Assembly: GCA_024276495.1 (NCBI GenBank)
Contig: JAJRXC010000107.1
Span: 29,025 to 93,024 of the forward strand
DNA from: Actinomycetes bacterium
GTDB taxonomy: Bacteria > Actinomycetota > Acidimicrobiia > Acidimicrobiales > Aldehydirespiratoraceae
DNA length: 64,000 bases
Direction of reading: 5' to 3'
The notes beneath the pieces are model-generated. The model was not told the DNA's origin. It ran no database searches and saw nothing but the letters and a program-made list of their open reading frames with translations. Position numbers and translations under genes: made by a program. How positions within the stretch are numbered: position 1 is the first letter of the stretch; each line of letters starts with the position of its first letter. This document shows, one piece after another, positions 18,698 through 27,236 of the stretch.

Positions 18698-20004
18698 TGT
18701 CCGAGAAGGTTCCCACGTCCGACGGGTCGGGTTCTCGCGCCGATGATCACCGCATCGTCATCTCCGGCGGCGCGTCGCTCGACGGAACGGTCCGGGTCGG
18801 CGGCGCGAAGAACAGCGCGCTGAAGCTGATGGCGGCAACCCTGCTGGCCGAAGGGACCTATCGACTCGCGAACGTGCCGCGCATCACCGACGTCACGCTG
18901 ATGTCCGACCTCCTGCGGGCCACCGGCTGTCGGGTCGCGTGGGATGACCGCGCCGACGAGTCGACGCTCGTCGTCGACGTGCCGGCGGTCATCGAACCGG
19001 TTGCGCCCTACGAGATCGTCGAACAGTTCCGCGCGTCGATTGTCGTGCTCGGCCCGATGCTGGCCCGTTGCGGCGAAGCCCGGGTGGCGTTGCCCGGTGG
19101 CGACGACTTCGGCCCGAGACCCATCGACATGCACGTGCGGGGTCTCGCCGAGCTCGGCGCCGAGTTCGAGACCCGACACGGCTACATCCACGCGAGCGCG
19201 CCCAACCTCCTCGGGGCGACCGTGCTGCTCGAGTTCCCCAGCGTCGGGGCGACCGAGAATCTGCTCATGGCGGCGGTGAGAGCCAAGGGAGAGACCACGA
19301 TCGACAACGCGGCCCGCGAGCCGGAGATCGCCGATCTCTGCGAGCTGCTCAGCAAGATGGGTGCGAACATCGAGGGATCGGGGTCCTCGGCACTGGTGAT
19401 ACAGGGAACCGAGGAGCTGCACCACGCCGATCACCGGGTGATCCCCGACCGGATCGAAGCCGCCACGTACCTCACCGCCCTCGGCATCACCGGTGGAGAG
19501 ATCACCGTCGAGGGCGCCCGCCACGACCACATGTTCATGCTCTGTCAGAAGCTGGGGGAGATGGGGATGCGGATCTCCCCCGACAGCAGCGGGATCTGGG
19601 CGTTCGCCGGCCGCCGCCTGAGCTCGTCGGATTGCTCGACGCTGCCGTATCCGGGCCTCGCGACCGACTTCAAGCCGTTTCTCGTCGCCCTGCTGGCCAC
19701 CGCCGACGGCGTCGGCATCGTCACCGAGAACATCTTCTCCGGCCGGTTCCACTATGTCGACGAGTTGCGCAGAATGGGAGCTGACATCCGAACCGACAGC
19801 CACCATGCCGTCGTCAGGGGCGTCGAACGACTCTCCGGCGCGCCCGTCAAGGCCCACGACATCCGCGCCGGGGCGGCGCTCGTCATCGCCGGACTCGGCG
19901 CCGAGGGGGAGACGGTGGTGGCCGAGGCCCACCATGTGGCCCGCGGCTACCACGATCTCGCCGGGAAGTTGACGGCACTGGGCGCCGACGTCCGCCTCGA
20001 CTGA
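18697..20004 (+). CDS. murA: UDP-N-acetylglucosamine 1-carboxyvinyltransferase
   Basis: TGATG overlap with the upstream gene. GGAKNSALKLMAATLLAEG, PGGDDFGPRPIDMH and full-length EPSP-synthase-fold MurA similarity. Confidence 0.95.
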   Translation: MSEKVPTSDGSGSRADDHRIVISGGASLDGTVRVGGAKNSALKLMAATLLAEGTYRLANVPRITDVTLMSDLLRATGCRVAWDDRADESTLVVDVPAVIEPVAPYEIVEQFRASIVVLGPMLARCGEARVALPGGDDFGPRPIDMHVRGLAELGAEFETRHGYIHASAPNLLGATVLLEFPSVGATENLLMAAVRAKGETTIDNAAREPEIADLCELLSKMGANIEGSGSSALVIQGTEELHHADHRVIPDRIEAATYLTALGITGGEITVEGARHDHMFMLCQKLGEMGMRISPDSSGIWAFAGRRLSSSDCSTLPYPGLATDFKPFLVALLATADGVGIVTENIFSGRFHYVDELRRMGADIRTDSHHAVVRGVERLSGAPVKAHDIRAGAALVIAGLGAEGETVVAEAHHVARGYHDLAGKLTALGADVRLD

Positions 20005-20012
20005 CCGCCGAC

Positions 20013-20171
20013 TCAGCTCGGTTCGTTGTCCACGTCGGCTCTCCCGGCGAGGTTCTCGATCACCCGATGCCGGGCGCGAACCAAGATGGCGGCGCCGACG
20101 ATGATCGGCACGCTGACCATCACGAGCTCGCCCCAGCCACCCTCGGCGGCGAGTATTGCGACCGGTGTCAT
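20013..20171 (-). CDS. Possible small membrane protein (hypothetical)
   Basis: 52-aa ORF from ATG 20171 with one hydrophobic helix (LVMVSVPIIVGAAILV). No recognisable family, so weak support. Confidence 0.3.
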   Translation of the reverse strand: MTPVAILAAEGGWGELVMVSVPIIVGAAILVRARHRVIENLAGRADVDNEPS

Positions 20172-20275
20172 GGTCTCACCGTAGAGGGTGGGCCGGCATG
20201 ACGGGAACACGGGACCGGGGTCGGCGTTGAGGCCGGTCGGTGCCACACTGGGACCGATGGAGCCGGGAGATCGTC

Positions 20276-20536
20276 GTGCGTGAGAAGGTCGAGAAGGTCA
20301 TTGCCGCCATTCGTCCGGCGATTCAGGCCGACGAGGGCGACATCGAGCTGATCGATGTCGACGAACGAACCGGTCTCGTCACCGTTGAGCTCAAGGGTGC
20401 CTGCGTCACCTGTCCGGCCTCCACCCAGACCCTCAAAGCCGGCATCGAACGGATCATGAAGGACCGGGTCGAGGGTGTGACCGAAGTCGTCGAGATCAAC
20501 GCCCTCGGGATGAGCGAGTCGCCCGTCAGCCTGTAG
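20276..20536 (+). CDS. NifU-like C-terminal-domain (Nfu-type) Fe-S cluster protein
   Basis: VEKVIAAIRPAIQADEGDIELIDV...ELKGACVTCPAS (CxxC). GGGAG lies upstream of GTG 20276. GTG 20240 is an alternative start. Confidence 0.8.
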   Translation: MREKVEKVIAAIRPAIQADEGDIELIDVDERTGLVTVELKGACVTCPASTQTLKAGIERIMKDRVEGVTEVVEINALGMSESPVSL

Positions 20537-23141
20537 TCGCGGCTCGGGCCTGCGCGAGGCGGCACGCATTGGTGATCAAACCGAGATGCGAGTAGGCCTG
20601 CGGGTGGTTCCCCAGCCCCCGGCCGGTTCGGGGATCGACCTCCTCGGCGAGCAGACCGGTCGGTCCCGCGAGCTCGACGTACCGCTCGAACAGGGCCTCG
20701 GCTTCGTCGAGGTCACCGAGGAGGATCTTCGCGTCGATCAACCAGCTGGTCATGAGGTTGAATCCGCCTTCGGCCCCCGGCAGGCCGTCCTCGTGTCGGT
20801 AGCGATAGACGGTGTCGCCATCGCGAAGCCAGGTCTCGACGGCGGCGACGGTCGCCGCGAAGCGCGGGTCGTCGGGTTCGAGCAATCCGAAGAGGCCCAC
20901 GGCGAGAACCGACGCGTCGAGGTCGGTGCCGTCGTAGGCCGTGATGAAGGACCCGATCTCCTCGTTCCACCCGTGGGCGAGCACGTCCGCTTCGATCTGA
21001 TCCCGCAACACGAGCCACTCCGGCCGTTCCCGTCCGAACACGGTGTCGGCGATGTCGATCGCCCGATCGACGGTCACCCAGCACATCACCTTCGAATGCG
21101 TGTGGTGACGAGGAGCCGACCGGATCTCCCAGATCCCCTGGTCGGGTTCCTGCCAGCGTTGCTCGACGCCGCTCACGAGATCCTCCACCAGCCGCCAGTG
21201 ACGAGACGACAGCGGAGCGCCGATCTCACCGAGCTGGTGGATGAGCTCGAGCACGGGGCCGAACACATCGAGCTGCACCTGGTGATCGGCCGCGTTGCCG
21301 ACCCGGACGGGTCTCGAGCCGGCGTAGCCGGAGAGCTCCTCGATCGTGGCTTCGGGCGGAAGTGAGCGGCCGTCGACGGTGTAGAGCGGAGAGAGCCGTT
21401 CGGGACCGCACCCGGTGGTGTCGAGGACCCGGAGCAGCCAGTCGAGAAGGTCCATCGCCTCCTCGATCGATCCGAGGCGGACCAGCGCACCGGCGGAGAG
21501 CGACGCGTCACGGATCCAGCAGTACCGGTAGTCCCACTGGCGAACCCCGCCGATGAACTCGGGCAGACTGGTGGTCGCCGCAGCGAGGATCGCGCCCGAC
21601 GGGCCGTACGACAGTGCCTTGAGGGTGAGGGCGGAACGCCGCACCATGTCGGTTTGCACCGGGGGGAGTTGGAGCCGGTCGGCCCAATCGCGCCAGAAGG
21701 CCGTCGTGTGTTCGCGGCGTCGGCTCTCCTCGGCTCGCTCGGGTCGCAGCGACGCGGTTCCACAGCGCAGCTCGAGGGTCACCGGACCGGCGCGCAAGTC
21801 GACCTCGGCGGTCGCCGTCTGGTGCATCCCGTGGTCGGTGACGGTCCACTCGACACCGGGAGCCCGCAGCACCACGAGGTCGGCCGCGTTGACCACCTCG
21901 AGGCCGCCGTCGCGGATCTGGAGTTGGGTGGGAAAGCGACCGAAATCGAGACGCGGCGCGAACTCGATGATCGCGGTGCCCCGACCCTCGATCACCCGGA
22001 CGAGATCAGTGCGGCCCGCGAGGCGATCGGGTCGGCCGTCGGAGCAGTCGAGATAGTCGACGACCGCCATCGAATCCCAGCTCGTTCGCAGCACCAGCGA
22101 GTTGTCGACGTAGGTCTGGGTCGGCGGCGGGCCCGATGTGTCGGCCGGGCCCACCGAGAAGTAACCGGCGACCGGTCCGCCCAGCAACTCCGCGAAGATC
22201 GCCGACGAGTCGATCCGGGGAACGCAGAGCCAGGTGATGCGGGCATCGGGAGTGACGATCGCCGCGGTGCGTTGATCGGAGAGGATCGAATGATCCTCGA
22301 TGGCGGTCAGCCCCGCGCCGGCGAGCCACTCGGCGCGCCGAACACACAATGCCGCGAGGAGAACGCCGACCTCGTCGGGTGACGCGATTCGGCACGGCGC
22401 GCAGGTCGGGCCGTCGCCGACCTTGATGCCGACGTCGGGCCCGGTGAGCGTCGCGAACGCATCCTCGTCGGTGACGTCGTCGCCGAGGAACAACACCGCG
22501 GTGGCCCCCACGTTGGCCCGCACCGTCGTCAGCGCCCGCCCCTTGTCGGTCGCGATCAGCAGGAGCTCGCACACCTTCTTGCCGTGGTGGGTCGACAGGT
22601 CACCGATCTCCGCCGACACCGCTTCGAGATCGGCGAGGACCGCGTCGACCGTCTCCGGATCGACGTTTCGGTAGTGCACGGCAACCGACGCCGGTTTCTT
22701 CTCGAGACTGAGGCCGGGGTGGCGGTCGACGAGGGGTTCGAGACCGGCGATGAGCCGGGCCCGTCGTTCGCGCAGCACCGGGTCGAGATCGAGGGCGAAG
22801 TCGATGTCGAACTCGGTGCCGTGGGATCCGACCAGATGGATCTCGACGGGGAGTCGGGACAGGGCGGCGAGATCCCGCAGCGAGCGGCCGCTGATCACCG
22901 CGACATGGGTCTGGGGAAGCGCGGCGAGGTTGCGGAGGGCGACGCTGGTCTCCCGAATGGGAAGCGCCTTCATCGGATCGCTGACGATCGGCGCGATCGT
23001 TCCGTCGTAGTCGCACGCCACCAAGAGGTTCGGTGTCTGGGCGAGTCGGTCGAGGCGATCCGTCAGTTCCGAGTTCTTCAGGAAGTCGGCGGGCACGAGC
23101 CCCGACGTTATCGCTGCGAACGTGGTGCCCCGCGTGACCAT
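20526..23141 (-). CDS. Bifunctional-looking trehalose-phosphatase (HAD, OtsB-like) / glycoside hydrolase family 15 protein
   Basis: N-terminal HAD motifs LVACDYDGT, VISGRS and GDDVTDEDAF. C-terminal GH15 beta-sandwich (ITWLCVPRIDSSAIFAELLGG) and barrel (GIWEIR...HTHSKVMCWVTVDRA). Start is uncertain: ATG 23141, 23198 or 23234. Confidence 0.85.
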   Translation of the reverse strand: MVTRGTTFAAITSGLVPADFLKNSELTDRLDRLAQTPNLLVACDYDGTIAPIVSDPMKALPIRETSVALRNLAALPQTHVAVISGRSLRDLAALSRLPVEIHLVGSHGTEFDIDFALDLDPVLRERRARLIAGLEPLVDRHPGLSLEKKPASVAVHYRNVDPETVDAVLADLEAVSAEIGDLSTHHGKKVCELLLIATDKGRALTTVRANVGATAVLFLGDDVTDEDAFATLTGPDVGIKVGDGPTCAPCRIASPDEVGVLLAALCVRRAEWLAGAGLTAIEDHSILSDQRTAAIVTPDARITWLCVPRIDSSAIFAELLGGPVAGYFSVGPADTSGPPPTQTYVDNSLVLRTSWDSMAVVDYLDCSDGRPDRLAGRTDLVRVIEGRGTAIIEFAPRLDFGRFPTQLQIRDGGLEVVNAADLVVLRAPGVEWTVTDHGMHQTATAEVDLRAGPVTLELRCGTASLRPERAEESRRREHTTAFWRDWADRLQLPPVQTDMVRRSALTLKALSYGPSGAILAAATTSLPEFIGGVRQWDYRYCWIRDASLSAGALVRLGSIEEAMDLLDWLLRVLDTTGCGPERLSPLYTVDGRSLPPEATIEELSGYAGSRPVRVGNAADHQVQLDVFGPVLELIHQLGEIGAPLSSRHWRLVEDLVSGVEQRWQEPDQGIWEIRSAPRHHTHSKVMCWVTVDRAIDIADTVFGRERPEWLVLRDQIEADVLAHGWNEEIGSFITAYDGTDLDASVLAVGLFGLLEPDDPRFAATVAAVETWLRDGDTVYRYRHEDGLPGAEGGFNLMTSWLIDAKILLGDLDEAEALFERYVELAGPTGLLAEEVDPRTGRGLGNHPQAYSHLGLITNACRLAQARAATTG

Positions 23142-23202
23142 CGACGACAACGCCACGGCCCCGCGGGCGGTTGCGTGCCCGGTGGGCGATAGCTTCATCG
23201 GC

Positions 23203-24072
23203 GTGAGTGGCACGCCGGCCGGATCAGACGTCACCAGTTGCTATCGGCACCCCACCCATCGGGCAGGAGTGATCTGTCAACGTTGTGATCGCCCGATCTG
23301 TTCGGAGTGCATGCACCAGGCATCGGTCGGGTTCCACTGCCCCGAGTGCGTGAAGGGTGGGAAGCAGCAGGTCTTTCGGGGTCCGCCGGTCTTCGATCCC
23401 ATCGCGACGAAGGTGCTCATCGGCATCAACCTGCTCGCCTACCTCCTGTCCACGGTCCAGGCGGGAACGCCGATGCGGATCAGTTTCGAGTCGCTTCGTG
23501 ACGGGGGCCTGTTCGCGACGAGCATCGATCCGGCCGCGGCGAAGCTGATCGGTGTCACCCAGGGCGAGTGGTACCGGTTGGTCACCTCCGGCTTCCTGCA
23601 CGACGGACCGCTCCACATCGGATTCAACATGTACGCCCTGTGGATCCTCGGCCCACAGCTCGAACGGGTGCTCGATCGTCCCCGTTTTGTCGCCCTGTAC
23701 TTCGCGTCGATGTTGGGTGGCTCCGCCGGGGTGATGCTGCTCGACCCCGATGTGGCGACCGTCGGTGCGTCGGGCGCGGTGTTCGGTCTCTTCGGCGCCG
23801 TCGCGGTGATCCAGCGGGCGGCGGGCGCCAACATCTGGCGAAGCGGGATAGGCCAGATCCTGGCGATCAACCTCCTCATCACGTTCGCGGTGCCGAGCAT
23901 CTCCATCGGTGGCCATCTCGGTGGTCTGATCGCCGGCGGGGTCATCGGGGCGGTCTACATCGGCCTCGTGCGGGCCCGCCAGAGCGTCTGGGTCGGCTTC
24001 GGCGCGGCAGTGGCCATCGGTGCCGCCCTGACGGTCGCCGCGGTGACACTCGCGTGGAACCCGTTGTTCTGA
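23203..24072 (+). CDS. Rhomboid-family intramembrane serine protease
   Basis: N-terminal zinc-ribbon-like CYRHP...CQRCDRPICSECM...CPEC, then TM core with HIGFNM, GASGAVFGLFGA (GxSG) and GGHLGGLIAG (His). Start at GTG 23203. Confidence 0.85.
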   Translation: MSGTPAGSDVTSCYRHPTHRAGVICQRCDRPICSECMHQASVGFHCPECVKGGKQQVFRGPPVFDPIATKVLIGINLLAYLLSTVQAGTPMRISFESLRDGGLFATSIDPAAAKLIGVTQGEWYRLVTSGFLHDGPLHIGFNMYALWILGPQLERVLDRPRFVALYFASMLGGSAGVMLLDPDVATVGASGAVFGLFGAVAVIQRAAGANIWRSGIGQILAINLLITFAVPSISIGGHLGGLIAGGVIGAVYIGLVRARQSVWVGFGAAVAIGAALTVAAVTLAWNPLF

Positions 24073-24076
24073 GCGT

Positions 24077-24517
24077 TCAGCGGCGGGCGAATCGCGCCGC
24101 GAGCTCTCGCAGATTGCGGCGCCACACCGCCCGAAGGATCGGCCGGCTGACCGCGGCGCCGATCCGACCGCCCATCCACCACGGAAACGTGAGGGTCTCG
24201 GTCCAGGTGAAAAGGGTGTGATCGGCGCCGACCGGCGTGAGCGTGAACCGGCCCTCGCCGCGGACGAGTCCTTCGTGGCGCACGCCGATCACCTGCTCGG
24301 CGACCCACTCGGTGATCTCCATTCGATCGGTGAGCCGGACCGGGCCGACCTTCGTCGCACAGTCGAAGGTGGTGCCGATCCCCTCCGTCGTCGCCGAGGT
24401 GAACGTGATCGCCGCTGCGTCGACCATCCACTCGACATGGGAGTCGATGCGGGCCACGTCGGCCCAGACGACGGCGGGAGACGCAGCGATCTCGACGTCG
24501 ACCCGGATCACGACCAC
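24077..24517 (-). CDS. SRPBCC (START/polyketide-cyclase-like) family protein
   Basis: 146 aa. VEIAASPAVVWADVARIDSHVEWM is a typical SRPBCC N-terminus. Confidence 0.75.
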   Translation of the reverse strand: MVVIRVDVEIAASPAVVWADVARIDSHVEWMVDAAAITFTSATTEGIGTTFDCATKVGPVRLTDRMEITEWVAEQVIGVRHEGLVRGEGRFTLTPVGADHTLFTWTETLTFPWWMGGRIGAAVSRPILRAVWRRNLRELAARFARR

Positions 24518-24540
24518 ATCAGGCAGGGTAGGTTGCGGCG

Positions 24541-25218
24541 ATGGACGATGAGCAGTTCGACCTCGAGTTCTTCTGGGACCCGGTGTGTCCCTTCGCGTGG
24601 GTGACCAGCCGCTGGGTTCAGATGGTCGCCGAGCAGCGCGACATGGCGGTCGACTGGCGGTTCATCGGCCTTCGGATCCTCAACGAGACGCGGGACTACG
24701 CCACCGAGTTCCCGCCCGGCTATCCCGAGTACCACACCCTCGGCCTGCGCGGTCTTCGGGTTGCCGCCGCGGTCCGAGCGGCGGAAGGGCGCGGCCCGAT
24801 GGGGCCGCTCTACACCGCCCTCGGCGACGGCATCTGGAACCGGCTGCCCGACGGCACCGACGACCTGCTCTCGGGCTACGACGAGGTCGCGGCGACGCGG
24901 TCCGCGCTCCGCCGGTGCGGTCTGTCGGAGCGCTTCGTCGAGCACCTCCACGACGAGTCGCAGGACGACGTGATCAGGCTCGACACCGAGGATGGGCTGG
25001 CCCGCACCGGCAACGACGTGGGCACCCCGATCATCGCGATGGCCGACGGTGGGCCTGCCTTCTTCGGTCCGGTGATCTCCCGAGTACCGTCGCCGGAGGA
25101 GGCGGGCGAGCTCTGGGACGCGGTGATGGTGTTGGCGAAGTGGCCCGGGTTCTCGGAGATGAAGCGCACGGCTCGTGAGTGGCCCCAGATCCCGTTGTTG
25201 ACCGGTCAGCCGACCTGA
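24541..25218 (+). CDS. DsbA-fold thiol reductase, Rv2466c-like (mycothiol-dependent reductase family)
   Basis: FFWDPVCPFAWVTSRW...DVGTPIIAM..GPAFFGPVISRVPSPEEAGELWD matches Rv2466c from memory. The active site reads CPFA rather than CPWC. Confidence 0.8.
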   Translation: MDDEQFDLEFFWDPVCPFAWVTSRWVQMVAEQRDMAVDWRFIGLRILNETRDYATEFPPGYPEYHTLGLRGLRVAAAVRAAEGRGPMGPLYTALGDGIWNRLPDGTDDLLSGYDEVAATRSALRRCGLSERFVEHLHDESQDDVIRLDTEDGLARTGNDVGTPIIAMADGGPAFFGPVISRVPSPEEAGELWDAVMVLAKWPGFSEMKRTAREWPQIPLLTGQPT

Positions 25219-26000
25219 CCGTTCCCCCCGATGCCGCGCCCGCGCGGCGCGTCGGCCGGGGCCGATCCGGTGAGCCGGTACACGCTGATGTGGTTCTCGG
25301 CCCCGTCGCTCCACGGCGTGCCCGACCAGTCGGCCAGACGGGCCTCGAGGCTGAAACCCGTGGCCGACGCCAGGGCGTCGAGTTGCTCGGGTGTGCGATA
25401 GCGGACCACCCATGGCCGCATCCTGATGCCGGCAGCCGAGATGTCGATGTGCTGGCCGCGGATCATCTGCGTTGCCGGGTCGTGCTGCGATGCGCTGAGC
25501 ACGGCGCGGTCCGTGGTGATCGTGCGAACGGAGACGCCGCCGTCGGACAGACCCTCCGACGGGGGAACGAACCCCTCGATCACGAGGCGGCCGGCGGGGC
25601 GCAGCGCCCGGGCGACGTTGGCGAAGCAGCGGCGTTGCGCGTCGTCGTCGGTCAGGTTGAAGAAGGTGTTGAAGGCGGCGAACACGAGGGCGAAGTGATC
25701 GGCGGCGACGGGCGGCTCCGCCATGTCGGCCTCGATGAGAGTGACCGCCGATCCACCTTCCTTCGCCCGAAGTCGATCGAGCATCGCCGGCGACGCGTCG
25801 ACACCGACGATGTCGACGCCGCCGGCGGCGAGAGGGATCGCCAGACGGCCGGTGCCCACCCCCAGCTCGAGGATCGGTCCGCCCGCCGCGAGCTCGATCA
25901 CACCGGTCACCGTGGCCGCGACGTCGCTGACGTCGCCGTACCAGTCGTCGTACACGTCGGCGAAGTGCTCGCCGTAGCTCCCGGGGCCGTATCCGTCCAT
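25206..26000 (-). CDS. Class I SAM-dependent methyltransferase
   Basis: Motif I ILELGVGTGRLAIPLA and motif post-II FAAFNTFFNL. 264 aa. Confidence 0.85.
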   Translation of the reverse strand: MDGYGPGSYGEHFADVYDDWYGDVSDVAATVTGVIELAAGGPILELGVGTGRLAIPLAAGGVDIVGVDASPAMLDRLRAKEGGSAVTLIEADMAEPPVAADHFALVFAAFNTFFNLTDDDAQRRCFANVARALRPAGRLVIEGFVPPSEGLSDGGVSVRTITTDRAVLSASQHDPATQMIRGQHIDISAAGIRMRPWVVRYRTPEQLDALASATGFSLEARLADWSGTPWSDGAENHISVYRLTGSAPADAPRGRGIGGNGQVG

Positions 26001-26049
26001 CGCCGTGCAGTCTGCCGTGGTGAGGGCCCCGCGTCTCTAGGCTGGAGGA

Positions 26050-27207
26050 ATGGACCCGGAGATCTATCTCGACCACGCGGCGAGCACACCGGTGAGAGCG
26101 GTCGCCCGCGATGCGTGGCTGGAGGCGGTCGCCACCCATCACGCCAATCCGACCGGTGCGCACCGGGCCGCGCGCGCCGCACGGCGCGCCCTCGACGACG
26201 CCCGTGACGTCCTCGCCGAGGCGCTCGGTCGCCCACCGGCCGAGGTCGTCTTCACGAGTGGCGGATCCGAGGCCGACAATCTCGCGATCCGCGGGGTCCT
26301 GGCCGCCCGAGCTGGCGTGGCGGTGTGCTCCGCCGGCGAGCACCACGCCGTACTCGAGCCGGTCGAGCACGCCGGTGGGGTGACGGTCGGTCTCGACGAC
26401 CGGGGCCGGGTCACGCCCGCGGCGCTCCGTGGCGTCCTCGCCTCCGTCCACAACGTGTCCCTCGTCTCGCTCATCGCGGTGAACAACGAGACGGGTGCGG
26501 TCAACGATCTGCCGGCGCTCGCCGAAGTCGTGCGGGCCGAGGCGCCCGGCGCCCTCATCCACACCGACGCGGTCCAGGCGGTCAGTTGGGTCGACCTCGC
26601 CGAGGCCACCGCCGACATCGATCTGGTCTCCATCACCGGGCACAAGCTCGGAGGTCCGACCGGCACCGGTGCGCTCTTCGTTCGTGAGAGCGTCGAGCTC
26701 GATGCCCAGATCCTCGGTGGTGGTCAGGAACGCGGCCGGCGGGCCGGCACACCCGATGTCGCCGGGGCGGTCGCGTGTGCCGCGGCGATCGAGGCGACGG
26801 TGGGCGGACGTGACGCCGAGGTGCTGCGGATCGCGGCTCTCCGGGATCGCCTGCTCGATGGTCTGCGGGCCGCCCTGGGGGACCGGGTCGTGCCGACCCT
26901 GCTCGGACGCGGCCACGACGACGAGGTCGCGGCCGGAATCCTCCATCTGTGTGTCGTCGGCGTCGACGCCGAAGCGCTGCTGTTTCTGCTCGATGCCGAA
27001 GGGGTACGGGCGTCGGCGGCGTCGTCGTGCAGCAGCGGCGCCCAGGATCCCTCACACGTTCTCGCCGCGATGGGAGTGGATCGTCGACTCGCCCGGGGTT
27101 CGCTGCGGTTGTCGCTCGGCCACACCAGCACCGACGCCGACGTGGACGGCGCGCTCGGGATCATTCCCGCGGCCGTCGAACGTCTCGCCGCCCGCGGCGG
27201 CGGCTGA
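26050..27207 (+). CDS. Cysteine desulfurase (class V aminotransferase, IscS/NifS-like)
   Basis: FTSGGSEADN, the PLP-lysine context SITGHKLGGPTG, and C-terminal SSGA...RLSLGHT. GGAGGA lies upstream of ATG 26050. Confidence 0.9.
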   Translation: MDPEIYLDHAASTPVRAVARDAWLEAVATHHANPTGAHRAARAARRALDDARDVLAEALGRPPAEVVFTSGGSEADNLAIRGVLAARAGVAVCSAGEHHAVLEPVEHAGGVTVGLDDRGRVTPAALRGVLASVHNVSLVSLIAVNNETGAVNDLPALAEVVRAEAPGALIHTDAVQAVSWVDLAEATADIDLVSITGHKLGGPTGTGALFVRESVELDAQILGGGQERGRRAGTPDVAGAVACAAAIEATVGGRDAEVLRIAALRDRLLDGLRAALGDRVVPTLLGRGHDDEVAAGILHLCVVGVDAEALLFLLDAEGVRASAASSCSSGAQDPSHVLAAMGVDRRLARGSLRLSLGHTSTDADVDGALGIIPAAVERLAARGGG

Positions 27208-27236
27208 CGCGTCGGCCCGATCGGCGCGAACCGGCG

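Noticed and set aside
24508-26946. 812-aa minus-strand ORF
   Set aside because: It overlaps the DsbA-like, methyltransferase and cysteine desulfurase genes in alternative frames. Its composition is Arg/Gly/Pro-dominated with no domain signatures.
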